This document shows positions 41,113-54,035 of a DNA stretch of 64,000 nt, piece by piece. The stretch is from positions 19,096,001 to 19,160,000 of the forward strand of contig OX597818.1 of NCBI GenBank assembly GCA_951406725.2, written 5' to 3'. The stretch is from Octopus vulgaris (Eukaryota). Position 1 is the first letter of the stretch, and the number at the start of each line of letters is the position of its first letter. The notes beneath the pieces were generated by a model, which saw only the letters and a program-made list of their open reading frames with translations, was not told the DNA's origin and did no database searches. The position numbers and the translations under genes are program-made.

Positions 41113-41212
<100 letters not shown>

Positions 41213-41541
41213 CTAGCAGCTAAACCCGGTTTCACCGGGTCTGTTTGGATGATGTGGCTATAATCGTTTTCGGTTAGGCATAATCTATAGCAGCGTTTCT
41301 GAACCTTATCATTCTGGGTCCCCTGTTTTGTCAGAAAACAGCTTCAGGAGTTGTGAAGAACGAATTTGTACGTAGTCTGTTTCAGAGAGCTATTCTATTG
41401 GACCTCTGTCTAATCATTAAAACACTGATTTAATTATGAACATAGAAAGAAATTATACATTAACCCCTATTTTTGTAAGCAGTTATATCCGTAAAAATTT
41501 TATTTGCAGAGAGCAGAAATTGAAAGAAAATATATGAAATG

Positions 41542-41619
<78 letters not shown>

Positions 41620-41700
41620 CAGGCGTGCATGCGTGCTCGCGCGTGTGTATGTGTTTACGATTGTTGATTTACGGAAAAGATTATGTTAAATTTTTGAAAT
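41213..41700 (-). mobile_element. Helitron 3' portion (different family)
   Basis: Minus strand CCCGGT-GAA-ACCGGG-TTTAGCTG-CTAG|T. The 5' boundary is not evident. Confidence 0.55.
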
Positions 41701-42600
41701 GCAAATATATGAATGAAAATTAAGTTCAGACCTCTACATGGGAGCTAGACCTGGTAGAAATAGCAGCCAGATCTCCCTCAAAACACCCTACTGTCTTAAT
41801 CAAACAATTCTGCCTATTATGTAGTTTGAATAAGAAATTATCACTAAAGATTAAGATTATTAACCCCCACAAAGAGGTGAAAGAAGAGAGACAGCATAGC
41901 GAAAGTTTTGGCTGACTGTCATCCTGTACTCCACTTGTTGCTAGCGAAATGGTATATGCTGGCTGTGTGAGCAACTGGTTGTTTTAATGGCAGAACAAAA
42001 GGGAATTCCATTAGAAAAAGTTTTAAAATTGATTTTCTGGTTAACTATGGGGGTTGGGAAAAAAAGTACAAACCGCATTCCAATCTATGCACCCGCCTCC
42101 ATATGTGTGCCAATTTTCACGCGAATCCACGCTGCCATTTGGCTGTGAACGTCAAGACAAGAAAGAATACAACGATAGCCCATGTCCAATTTATATTATA
42201 GATATACACACAGACACACACACAACACGACAGGCTTCTTGCAGTTTCTGTCTACCACATCCGCTCATAAGGCTTTGGTCAGCCTGAAGCTATAGTAGAA
42301 GACACTTGCCCAAGGTGCCATGCAGTGGAACTGAACCCAGAACTATTTGGCCGGGAAGCAAACTTCTTGCAACACTGACACATCTAAGCTAAATAACAGC
42401 AACAACAACAACAACAATAGCAGCAGCAGCAGCAGCAGCAGCAATCTTTGTGATTCCTGTAAGTTTTAACTGTGATTATAATTTACATTTTGTCAAAGTC
42501 CACAAATTTGTAGTGGCATGAACGGAGTAGACTGAAGAATATTCGATCATGTTTGAGATAGTGGGAGTGATTATAAACAAATTCAAACATAATGTGCCTT

Positions 42601-42722
42601 GATATGGACGAAAAAAATTTAATAAACGAAAGATATTTGATCCGTCGATCAATTATTTCTGATATGGACGAAAAAAATTTAATAAACGAAAGATGTTTGA
42701 TCCGTCGGTCAATCATTTCTGA
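42601..42722. repeat. 60-bp tandem duplication
   Basis: GATATGGACGAAAAAAATTTAATAAACGAAAGAT(A/G)TTTGATCCGTCG... occurs twice with 3 differences. Confidence 0.95.
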
Positions 42723-43124
42723 CTCCCACTGTAGTTTTTCTTTTTACACATTGACTCAAATTAAAGACTTCATTTCCTCATGACATATACTCCCGAAAAC
42801 ACAGCGTTATGGAGACCATCTTTGCTCTAAGTCACACCCAGAATGAGGAGTTAAAGAACAACAACAACAAAAACAACGTAAGATAGTGTTACGGGTGGAA
42901 ACAGCCTGATTTCGGTGAATACTGAAGTGGGGCCGAAACTCACGCTGAACCGCTGTGACAGACTTCTTTTTCTTCACATCACTGCTCTATCGTTCACAGC
43001 ACCTGAAAAGAAAATAACTGCTAAGACACCATGGATCGAATGGCACCTATCGGACATATGTCTCTCCCTTTGGGATGAGTAATAACCATTTCAAAAACGT
43101 CCGACATCTCTGCCCCACCCTCTA

Positions 43125-43339
43125 CATGTTTCACTCATTTGACTGCATCTGTGCTGGAGCACCGCGTTAAAGGGTTTTAGTCGAAGAAAGCGACCCCAGG
43201 ACTTATCATTTGTGAGCCTAGTACTTATTCTATTAGTCTCTTTTGCCGAACCGCTAAGTTACGAGGACATAAATACACCAACATCGGTTGTCAAACGATG
43301 GAGAGGAACAAACATAGACACAACCACACACACAAACAC

Positions 43340-43374
<35 letters not shown>

Positions 43375-43397
43375 TGTATGTATGTATGTATGTATGT

Positions 43398-43436
<39 letters not shown>

Positions 43437-43805
43437 CGACGAGCTTCTTTCAGTTGCCGTCTACCACCTACAGTCACAAGGCTTTGGTCGGCCTGAGGCT
43501 ATAGTACAAGACACTCGCTCAAGATGCCACGCAGTGGGACTGAACCCGGAATCATGTGGTTGAGAAGCAAGCTTCTTACACATATTACCTTTTCTCTTTT
43601 ACTTCTTTCCGTCAATGGACGGTGGCCATGCTGGAGCACCGCTTTAAAGAGTTTAGTTGAACAAATCAACACCACTACTTATCTTCTAAAGTTTGATACT
43701 TATTCTATCGGTCTTTGGGGCTGAACCGCTCGGTTACGGCGACGTAAACCAATATTGTTGTCAAGCATTGTTGGCGGGCAAACACACACACACACACACA
43801 CACCT
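43125..43805 (-). mobile_element. SINE family B (43125-43580) plus an older 3'-half copy (43590-43805)
   Basis: Homologous to 3612-4040. Confidence 0.8.
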
Positions 43806-43990
43806 ACACATAGAGTCGTTAATGAGGGATTATCAATCCGGGCAAAATACTTTCTAAGCTGTCTGTTAGCACACCAGGCTAACAATATTGTTTAGATTAG
43901 TAAAGAACTCCGCGTATTCTTGTGGCAGAGCCCGAGGTTATAGATTATCGTCATTCTATATTAGAAATCCATCGTTGTGCTCCAGATATA

Positions 43991-44506
43991 CCGTAAATCC
44001 TCGAGTATAATCCGCACTTTTTTCCCAAAATTTAAAGGTCAAAATCCCTAGTGCGTACTATATACGAGGTTAAAAATGAAAAATATTTTCTAAGCAATGC
44101 AATGTCCGAGTCTCTATTTGCAGTCCGGCAATATTTATTCAGACGCATTTCGAGATGTCAGGCACGAAAATACCTTAAGCTAAACCCGAAAGCAATTATG
44201 TCATAAAAGAATCATCCACAACTTTCAGTAAGCAACATTTATTAAAATAAAAGTATTCAGAACACAGAATAACATGTAACAAAAACAATTTGCAGACATA
44301 TTTACATTCCCATATAACAGTTAAGAACATCATTACGCATGCGCGGAAGTGTTTGTTCGACTAGGTGCTGCTGACTTCATTACGCACGAACTCAAGTTAG
44401 AGAAGGAGTGCGTATTATACACAAGGTTTAGGTTTTTCAGAAGTACAGCCCCTAAAAGCCCCCTGCGTATTATACTCAAGGGCGGACTATACTCGAGGAT
44501 TTACGG
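43991..44506. mobile_element. Tc1/mariner-pogo-type MITE, TA TSD
   Basis: TA|CCGTAAATCCTCGAGTATAATCCGC ... GCGGACTATACTCGAGGATTTACGG|TA, with subterminal GTGCGTA(C/T)TATA repeats. Confidence 0.9.
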
Positions 44507-44809
44507 TACTGGTTTTTACGCATGCAAGACAATGTGATTACATATTTTCCTTTATTGTAGTAAGTTTGACTCACAGCTGTTTCCAGTAGTCATTATAGGT
44601 TCGTTATTGATAGGTTTACTCAATTGTTGCATTATTCGGTTGACAAAGATTGAGCAAATGAAAAAATAAACGCTACTTTCGTCAGAGCCATTTTTAGTTT
44701 TATATATACCAGCTGGACACGTGAAAAATTCACGGAAAATATAATAAATGTAAGCATCTGTAAATTGTGTGCTGGTATCATGAGAAATGTTTCTATATTA
44801 TGACAACTA

Positions 44810-45200
44810 AAGGCGGCGAGCTGGCTGAATCGTTAGCACGCCGGGCGAAATGCTTAGCAGTATTTCGTCTGTCGCTACGTTCTGAGTTCAAATTCCACCG
44901 AGGTCGACTTTGCTTTTCATCCTTTTGGGGTCGATTAAATAAGTACCAGTTACGCACTGGGGTCTATATAATCGACTTAATCCGTTTGCCTGTCCTTGTT
45001 TGTCCTCTCTGTGTTTACCCCCTTGTGGGTAGTAAAGAAATAGGTATTTCGCCTGTCTTTACTTTCTGAGTTCAAATTGCCTTTCATCTTTTCGGGGTCG
45101 ATAAATTAAGTACCAGTTGCGTATTGGGGCCGATCTATTTGACAGGCCCTCTCCCCCACCCCAAATTTCAGGACTTGTGCCTATTGCGACAGTTATAGAA
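44810..45200 (+). mobile_element. SINE family A with duplicated body and alternative tail
   Basis: A full head, body and tail are followed by a second TTCTGAGTTCAAAT..GGGGTCGATAAA module with a CCCCAAATTTCAGG tail. Confidence 0.85.
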
Positions 45201-45560
45201 TATAGAAAGAAAGGTAAAACCGATAACTATATAATCCAACCAAAATATCTGCTACGCAAGCGTAAACAGAATTGCTATTTAGCCTTAAAATACATCGTAC
45301 ATATTCAGAGAACCTTCTTCGTTTAGTGATACGGAATGATCTTCTGGTATTCTTTTATTCTTTTACTTGTTTCAGTCATTTGACGGTGGCCATGCTGGAG
45401 CACACCCCTTTAGTCGAAGAAATTTACCCCTGGACTTATTCCCTGTGAGCCTGGTGCTTATTCTATCAGTCTCTTCTGCTGAACAGCTAAGTTACAGGGA
45501 CGCAAACACACCAACATCGGTTGTCAAGCAATGGTGGTTGGGTACAAACACAGACACATT

Positions 45561-45600
<40 letters not shown>

Positions 45601-45940
45601 AGATTTTCTTATACATATCAACAAACAAATGAGCCAATTGAACAACTCTGTGTGGTTTTTCAATTTGCTAGAAATAACAGCAAAACCTCTCTCATACTAT
45701 GCTCTTGTTAGTATTAAGGAAAGGGAAAAAATAGAATTAATATTTTTGATTTTGTTCGGCTCTATGAATTTAATTTTTTTAATGCTTTCGCCAATAAGAG
45801 ATCTAGTTAAAAATGTTTATTTAAGCAACAAAATTTCTTTCTCTTAAGCGTGACACACGCGTCAGGTACGTACAAAAAACAAATTGGCGTATTAATATTA
45901 GTGATGTATGCATACACACACACATATGTAAGTATGTATA

Positions 45941-46176
45941 AAAAGTAATGTTTGTTACTACTTCAGCGTGATTGTTCCTTACAGAACTATGCAACTACAT
46001 TTTAACCCCAGGAAAACAACCTTTCCAGCTGGTTAATGACACACAACCTGTGTCTGACAGGAGATTCAGGTTGTGTGTCGTTAGCCAGCTAGAGAAGATA
46101 TTTTCCTATGTTTAAGGTGTAGTAACATAGTTCTGTATGGAACAGTCACGCTGAACTGGCAACAAACATTACTTTT
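45941..46176. repeat. ~236-bp imperfect palindrome (foldback)
   Basis: AAAAGTAATGTTTGTT...GACACACAACCTG is mirrored by CAGGTTGTGTGTC...AACAAACATTACTTTT, with a very short loop and about 20 substitutions. Confidence 0.9.
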
Positions 46177-46254
46177 CAGTATCGTTACTACTTGCATCTC
46201 TTATAGAGATTTTAGAACTGGTTACTTTGCTTGTATGTATATGTGTGTGTATAA

Positions 46255-46321
<67 letters not shown>

Positions 46322-46642
46322 GAGGGCGCGTGGCTTAGTGGTTAGGGCATTCGGCTCATGATCGTAAGGTTGTGAGTTCGATTCCCGGCGACGCGTTGTG
46401 TCCTTGAGCAAGACACTTTATTTCACGTTGCTCCAGTCCACTCAGCTGGCAAAAATGAGTTGTACTTGTATTTCAAAGGGTCAGCCTTGTCACTCTCTGT
46501 GTCACGCTGATTATCCCCGAGAACTACGTTAAGGGTACACGTGTCTGTGGAATGCTCAGCCATTTGCACGTTAATTTCACGAGCAAGCTGTTCCGTTGAT
46601 CGTATCAGCTGGGACCCTCGTCGTCGTAACCGGCGGAGTCTT
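46322..46642 (+). mobile_element. tRNA-derived SINE, family D (tail type 1)
   Basis: A box TGGCTTAGTGGTTAG, B box GAGTTCGATTCCC, then GTGTCCTTGAGCAAGACACTT. An older minus-strand copy lies at ~60125-60410. Confidence 0.85.
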
Positions 46643-47185
46643 TTAATGTATGTATGTATGTATGTATGTATGTATGTATGTATGTATGTATTTATGTATG
46701 TATGTATGTATGACTCTGCGCAAGTAAGTACAATATTGTGACAGTATACTGAAATAAGACATAAAACCATAAATAAACTATATTATGTGCGTAGCATAGT
46801 TCAAATTTATCATCTTTCAGATCAACTGCGCAGTTGTTTATATTTTGGTCTGAATTGCTTTACTGGATGTAAAACTTGTACGTTTGGCTATTATGTTTTA
46901 TGTAACCGCAATCATCCAGCTGAATGGTGCAACATGGCTACAAAGTCTAATCCAAAAGTATCTGAACTGTGCTATAAATAGAAAACTACGACATATGTCA
47001 ATTCAGCATTTTATTTCCATTGAGGGAAGCATTCCTGAAACTCCTTTTTCGAGAAAGCAGCTGCCTCATCGCATTCTCTTGGATTTTCTCAACGTCTTGA
47101 AATCTTATCGGGGTCTTCCACTGCGAAGACTGAGCCTTGGTTTCGGGGTCATTAGATAAAGTTAGACACATTAGATAAAGTTAGA

Positions 47186-47585
47186 CGCAGGAGTGGCTGT
47201 GTGGTAAGTAGCTTGTTTACCAACCAAATGGTTCCGGGTTCAGTCCCACTGCGTGGCACCTTGGGCAAGTGTCTTCTACTGTAGCCTCAGGCCGACCAAA
47301 GCCTTGTGAGTGGATTTGGTAGACGGAAACTGAAAGAAGCCCGTCGTATATATGTATGTGTGTATATATATGTGCGTGTATGTTTGTGCGTCTGTGTTTG
47401 TCCCCCTAGCATTGCTTGACAACTAATGCTGGTGTGTTTATGTCCCGTTACTTAGCGGTTCGGCAAAAGAGACCGACTGGGCTTACAAAGAATAAGTCCC
47501 GGGGTCGAGATGCTCTATTAAAGGCGGAGCTCCAGCATGGCCGCAGTCAAACGACTGAAACAAGTAAAAGAGAAAGAGAAAGAGA
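47186..47585 (+). mobile_element. SINE family B, full length
   Basis: Head, CORE-like block, microsatellite and tail are all present. An older copy lies at ~48805-49200. Confidence 0.9.
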
Positions 47586-49382
47586 CGTATCAGGTGTGGA
47601 TTATTTATGCTGATGAAAGAGGTAAAATAAGATGGTGTGACCTACCACAAAACTTCTGACATACTGTAAGCAATTTTCCATGACTATTTGTTAACAGACT
47701 GTTATATTTTGGTTTCGGAGTCTCATCTGTCTTCGCGTTCCGTGTTCAAATTCTGCTGTGGTTGATTTTGCCTTATCCTTTCGGGGTCGATGAAATAGTA
47801 CCAGTTACGCTCTAGAGTCGATGTAATCGACTATCCCCTCCCCTAAAATTCCAGGCACTGCACCTATAGTAGAAAGTATTATTAGTAACAATTATTGTGC
47901 CTAGCTCTCTCACTTGCTCTCCCAACCGTTACACTGCCGCATTAGATACGAGACAACTTTTTTATACATTTAAAAACATTTTGTAAAAAGTGCATCTTTT
48001 GCCGGCATTGAAGTTTTCTGTCTTCGTCATATATTTCCAAAATTTAGTTAAATTATCAGAATACTTTGCTTAAGCTAAACAGAATGTGATGTTACACAAG
48101 CAAGAATCGGAACTGGTTGTAAAAAATCATTTAGTGGGCGGCGTTGGGATCTTTTTAAAACATTTTAGTTAAGAGGGAAGGCAGTCCATTATTTTTCACA
48201 TAGCCTCCGAGACTGGGGGAAGGAAAAGCTATTTTCAAACCGGAGACCTAGTGTGAATGCTTGCAACAGTGTGGATCCTGTTAATGGCACTCAAGGTACC
48301 ATTTGGTGGGTTTAAATCGGGTGACATATCAGATCTATCATCTAAGTGGACCATGGCGGGATTTGAATTCAGAACGCAAAGTACTGTAACAAATACTGTA
48401 AGGAATTCTGCCCAAAGATCTTACCATGGCAACAGACAGATCCCTGTCTATTACCTCTTAATATCCTATGAAAAATTTTATAAGTGTAATGATTCTGTTA
48501 TAGAACAGAAACAAATAATGGAATAAAGGATAAATGTATCTTATCTACATTAGAGAGTTCCTCACTTCCTTCAAAATGAATCTCAACAAGGTTAGTATGG
48601 TTCTTGTGATATCGTGCGTTTCAGGATTGGCTGTCTTGTGTGGTCCTGTGACTTACATGGACTTAAGAGTTAATTATACAAAACTGGAATCGATTAGCTG
48701 GATTAGGCAAAGAACATGCCCGTGCAATTATAATACGGGCAAACAGCAACGCACTGTGTTGCACAGCATAAAACAAAACTTGAAAGGAAAATATTACCTA
48801 ACAAGCGTAGGCATGGCTGTGTGGCTAAGAAGCTCGCTTTGCAACTACGTGGCTTCGGGATCAGTTCCACTGTGTGGCACCTTAGAGAAGTGTCTTCTAC
48901 TATACCTTGGCCGACCAGCGCCTTATCGGTGAATTTGTTAGATAAGAACTGTTTAGAAGCTCGCTGTATATATGTATAAATGTGTGTTTGTTTTAATGTT
49001 TGTTCCCCACTTCGCTTGACAACCGGTGTTCGTTTTTTACGTCCGCATAACGTAAAAATTAGTGATAGATAGAATAAGTGACAGATTTAAAAATATAAGT
49101 ACTGGGGTCGATTTGTTCAACTTAAACCTTTCGAGGCGGTGCCTAGCATGCCCGCAGTCCAATGATTGACACACGGAAAATAAAAAGAAAATTAAGTAAA
49201 AAAGAAGCACAACTATCTCCTATAGAATCGCCTCAAAACTACATAATTATACACCCAATATTAATAAATCACTACAAATAGATAATATAACGCCCTTGAC
49301 AGTGGAAAGAAAACGAGTCAACGGTGAATAGCTCAAACAAAGCGTGTTACGGTAATAACAAAAATCCTTTTCTCTGTCTACA

Positions 49383-49466
49383 ATAATAATGATAATAATA
49401 ATAATAATGATGATGATGATGATAATAATAATGATAATGATGATGATGATGATAATAATGATGATA

Positions 49467-49498
<32 letters not shown>

Positions 49499-49580
49499 GA
49501 TGATAATAATAATGATAATGATGATGATAATAATAATAATAATGATAATGATGATGATAATAATAATGATAATGATGATG

Positions 49581-49618
<38 letters not shown>
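49383..49618. repeat. (ATA/ATG)n compound microsatellite
   Basis: Seen directly. Confidence 0.95.
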
Positions 49619-49668
49619 TTAGATGTTATAGGTTGTGGTGTCATCTAATGAGACTCCGCTCAGAAGGC

Positions 49669-50225
49669 TGTAATGTTGTTTGGTAGTAGACCCGGATGAA
49701 GAATATACAAACACAAGGCTGGTGACTTTAAATAGCTTTAACGAGGCCTCATATATACACATGATGAATGGAAGTGGTTGATAGACGTTTGTTCATATAT
49801 CTACAGGCAGCTGTGTAGGTTGAATGTTAGCTGTTAACCCTGGTGAGAAGCTCACGGACAGCGATGTGTAGGAACCAGTGCAGTGTGTTGGTGCTGTGTA
49901 GATGTTGGTGACGTTGGTGAGAGACATCAGTGGTGGCTACGAAGATGGAGGTCGCTGCAATGTGATCAGTGGTTAGACCTTAGAAAGTCTGAAACCAACT
50001 GACGTTGAGACTAGAAACAAGAGATGAGCTTTTATAGTTGATGGTAGGCTCAAATGATTGTTTGGAACATACTGTCTCACGTGACTTATTTGAAGGCTGC
50101 GATTGGTTGGGCTGCATATTGGTGCGCGATAGAGTAAGAGACAAATTGCGCCAATACCAACCAATCGGAGTGGTAAACACAACGAGGTCCAAAACAGCCC
50201 CAAAGGTTAGCTCTTACCTGTTACA
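49669..50225 (-). mobile_element. Possible solo LTR
   Basis: TGTAA...TTACA termini and a minus-strand CTATAAAAG TATA-like motif near 50030. No TSD found. Confidence 0.3.
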
Positions 50226-50639
50226 TTCGTATGTCTGTTATATAACAGAGAGAGGAAGTTCACTAGAGTTCGCTACAGATAGCAACCCTCCCAAGTCATT
50301 TTGGAGAGACAAAATAGACGATAAATGGAAGATATTTCTGTAGCGAAGAGGTGAAAAAGGTTGCATAGCCAGCAAAACTTGATGCGCAAACGAGACGGAC
50401 CTACGTCCAGCTAAGTTGAAATCACGAGAATGCAAAAAATCAAGGTAAATGAGAGAATATTGGCTGCTGTGAGAATGAGCAGTGCCAAGAATTTGTCTGC
50501 AAAACAGTGAGCCATTTGCAGAGGCAAGGCTGTAGGTGCTAGAAAAGCGACAGTGACTAGCGAAGCGAGTCAAGCCATAAAGATAGCGGAAAAAGAAGGA
50601 AGTTCCAACATGCAAGAGACTTGGTGTTGATCAGGCACC

Positions 50640-51300
50640 TAAGGAAATTTGTGCGTCTTTCCTTTTTGAACATAATACCCCACTCAGTAATTTTCTTACC
50701 TGTGCATCTGATGGAGCCCCTTCAAAGATAGGAAGATACAGAGGTTTTTCATCTCTCCTAAAGCGTGAAATTTCCCACCAGATACTAACTGTTCATTGCT
50801 TGGCACACTAGCAGCATTTAATGGCAAACAATATGAATGGTAGATTGAATGACGCGCTACAGTTAGTTATCAAGACTGTGAACAAATTGAGGTCCAGTCC
50901 CTTGTTTGATCGAATTTTCCGTCAATTCTGTCTGAGAAATGATGAGGACTATACTAAACTCTTACTCCATACCGAAGTGCGGTGGGTGTCAAAAGGAAAC
51001 TGTGTTTTACGCTTTATTAAACTGTTTCATATAATCATATCTTTCTATGAAGATACTCCATTATCCGCTTCATTGATGGTTGCAAGGTGCGATATCTTTT
51101 TTCTTTGTGATATATTCACAAAATCAAATTATTCGAATATGTTATTGCAAGGAAACAGAAAAACTCTCATTGATTGTAAATCCTTTACCACTATCTTCGT
51201 TTCAAAATTGCTGCTGTATAAGACTAACATTTCAAAACGTCGACTCCATCAATTTCCACAACTTGACTCTTTGAAAACCGAATGTATCTGCACTAGCTGC
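50640..51300 (+). pseudogene. hAT (Buster/Charlie-type) transposase fragment
   Basis: CASDGAPSKIGRYRGF...VHCLAH*QHL...LLLHTEVRWVSKGNC motifs (ORF 50821-51414 plus the upstream in-frame segment). In-frame stop, and both termini missing. Confidence 0.85.
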
Positions 51301-52424
51301 ATCACACCAGACACATGGTTCTCATTAAAAAGTTGTATTCTTTTCCTTTATAATACAATCCTTAATTATTTTTGCATCAGTAGTTCTGATCAATGGTTCA
51401 TTTGGGAAAAATAAAAATCAATGTAAAAGAAAGCGCAAGTTTCCAGAACTTAATCTCTCTGCCATAATATAAACTTAACGTTAGAATTTTATTCACATTA
51501 ACGGCAAAACTAAACCCACAATGAGGGATTTGTAAACAACTGCGTATTTAGTCCAAACGGTACTAACCAGGCAATGAGTCTACAATATAGTGTGTGTGTC
51601 CAATGATACAAGGGAAGGGGGTGTTCTCCTAGGGGATTTAGTGTTAGGGGGATGGTTGTATTAGGGTTGCTTTTTTTTTACACAGGTGGGCAATGGAGCA
51701 ATTTTTGACCGATAAGTGGGCGATATTGCAAGTTGACGCGAAAAGCTGGGGGAGGGGTAAGTCGACACTAGTACTCAACTGCTAACGATTCTGCCAGCTC
51801 ACCGCCTTAATAAAAATAATTTTAAAAATGTATGACAATTACACATGCAAACAATAAAACATTCATCCAGATGACAGCTTAGGAAAGGCATAGAAATTTC
51901 CAAACAAACTATAAATGGTGGATTAAAAAAAATAAATTCAAATAAAAGGAAAATTAATTGTAAAGGCAAAAATAAACGTAATTTCAGGGGAAGCAACTCC
52001 TGGTTCTAAAGATAGTTTCAATACTTTATTATTTCCCTTGCATCGCAAAAACGAAAATAATTGACACTAATTTTATCAGACAGTCCTTCAACGTAATTAT
52101 TACCCTACACAATCATTATTCTACATCATTAATTAATTTTATATATATGTATGTGTGTGTGTGTGCAGTAGAATGTCGTGTATGAATAGACGAAGTTCAA
52201 TACCTTCGTTTAAATAAGATTAATCCGAGAATCAGACGATTTAAATACTTATTTGGAGGTGCTTAAAATCTAAAAAAAAGCATTAAATGTCTATTGAATG
52301 TAGGTTTTGTCTTCTGATCTCAGTTAGTAGAAGACTTTTATCTCATTGTATACGTACATACATACAAATGCATGCATTCATACATGGAAGAGTGTGTGTG
52401 TGTGTATACATACATATATATATA

Positions 52425-52605
52425 TAACGGGAAGCTTTATGAAAATAGACAAAAGACGAAGGCAGTTTACGGAAATAAACAAAAGACGAAGGCAGGTGGA
52501 ATACAAACAAACAATTGTATTAGTATGGCGCTCAGGAAATATAAATAAAACAAGTCTTTAACGTTTCGAGCCTACGCTCTTCAACAGAAAGATACACAGA
52601 GAAGA
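52425..52605 (-). mobile_element. ~180-bp hammerhead element, divergent subfamily, copy 5
   Basis: Minus strand: CTGTTGA-A-GAGC-GTAG-GCTC-GAAACGTTA...CCTGAGCGCC at ~52522-52592. (TA)n on both sides. Confidence 0.65.
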
Positions 52606-52661
52606 TATATACATATACATATATATATATATATATATATAGATATATATATATATATATA

Positions 52662-53697
52662 TCATCATCATCATCATCATCATTTAGCGTCCGGTTTCCA
52701 TGCTAGCATGGGTTGGACGGTTCAACTGGGGCCTGTGAAGCCAGAAGGCTGCATCAGGCCCAGTCTGATCTGGCAGTGTTTCTACGGCTGGATGCCCTTC
52801 CTAACGCCAACCACTCCGTGAGTGTAGTGGGTGCTTTTTACGTGCCACCCGCTCAGGAGCCAGATGGAACTGGCAAACGGCCACGAACGGAAGGTGCTTT
52901 TACGTACCACCGGCACGGGGGCCAGGCGAGGCTGGCAACGGACACGAACGGATGGTGCTTTTACGTGCCACCGGCACGGAGGCCAGACGGGGCGGCGCTG
53001 GCAACGGCCACGAACGGATGGTGCTTTTTACGTGCCACCGGCACGGGGGCCAGGCGAGGCTGGCAACGGACACGAACGGATGGTGCTTTTACGTACCACC
53101 GGCACGGAGGCCAGACGGGGCGGCGCTGGCAACGGCCACGAACGGATGGTGCTTTTTACATGTCACCGGCACGGAGGCCCGTCGGGGCGGCGTTGGCAAT
53201 GGCCACGATCGGATGGTTCGCTTACTTGTCACCGGCACTGGTATCACAGCCGCAATTTCCATTGATGTTGATCGACTTCGATTTTGGTTCTGCTTTCTGA
53301 TATCTGATTTGATTTGGTTTGATTTTGATTTTGATTTTGATTTTGATTTTTGTGTCCCAAGAAGGAAAGGTATGTATAAGTCGACTGGCTACATACCAGG
53401 TAGAGGCCACGGGTTATGGTCTCACTAGTCTTGCCGGGTCTTCTCACGCACAGCATACTTCCATAGGTGTCGGTCTCTAGTCATTTCCTTGGTGAGACCT
53501 AAAGTTCGAAGGTCGTGCTTCACCACCTCGTCCCAGGTTTTCCTGGGTCTACCTCATCCACAGGTTCCCTCAACTGCTAGGGTATGGCACTTTTGCACAC
53601 AACTATCTTCAGCCATTCTCGTCACATGACCATACCAGCGCAAACGTCTCTCTTGCACACCACAACTGATGCTTCTTAGGTCCAACTTTTCTCTCAT
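52662..53697 (-). mobile_element. RTE-clade LINE, 5'-truncated: ORF C-terminus, 3' UTR minisatellite and (GAT)n tail
   Basis: Minus translation ..VQERRLRWYGHVTRM....GRPRKTWDEVVKHDL. The 3' UTR has GGCGTTAGGAAGGGCATCCAGCCGTAGAAAC and a (GAT)n tail. Related 3' ends at ~58668-58935, 59298-59718, 60570-60740 (+) and 63481-64000. Confidence 0.85.
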
Positions 53698-54035
53698 ATA
53701 TATATATATATATATTATCTTCTTTTATTTGTTTCAGTCACTTGACTGCGGCCATGCTGGAGCAACGCCTTTAGTCGAACAAATCGACCCCAGTACTTAT
53801 TCTATGGGTCTCTTTTGCCAAACCGGTAAGTTATAGGGACACGTAAACACACCAACATCGATTGTCAAGTGATGGTAATGGGGACATACACATACATACA
53901 AACATATACATATATATATATATGTATGTATATATATATTATGTATGTCTATATATATATATACATATACGACAGGTTTCTTTCAGTTTCCATCTACCAA
54001 ATCCACTCACAAGGCTTTGGTCAGCTCGAGGCTTA

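Noticed and set aside
46322-46395. tRNA genes at SINE heads (also 2451, 30215, 38847)
   Set aside because: A/B boxes are present but each continues into a repeated SINE body, so these are tRNA-derived heads rather than tRNA genes.
48257-48330. TVWILLMALKVPFGGFKSG resembling the aldehyde dehydrogenase C-terminal PFGGxKxSG motif
   Set aside because: Spacing differs from ALDH, there is no further similarity or splice signal, and the ORF runs into an old SINE. Probably chance; a tBLASTn search would settle it.
50821-51414. Domesticated ZBED/SCAND3-like host gene
   Set aside because: In-frame stop just upstream and a truncated C-terminus, consistent with a dead hAT copy.
52830-53245. CRISPR-like palindromic repeat and spacer array
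   Set aside because: The 'spacers' are homologous to one another, the array lies in an RTE 3' UTR, the context is eukaryotic and there are no cas genes.
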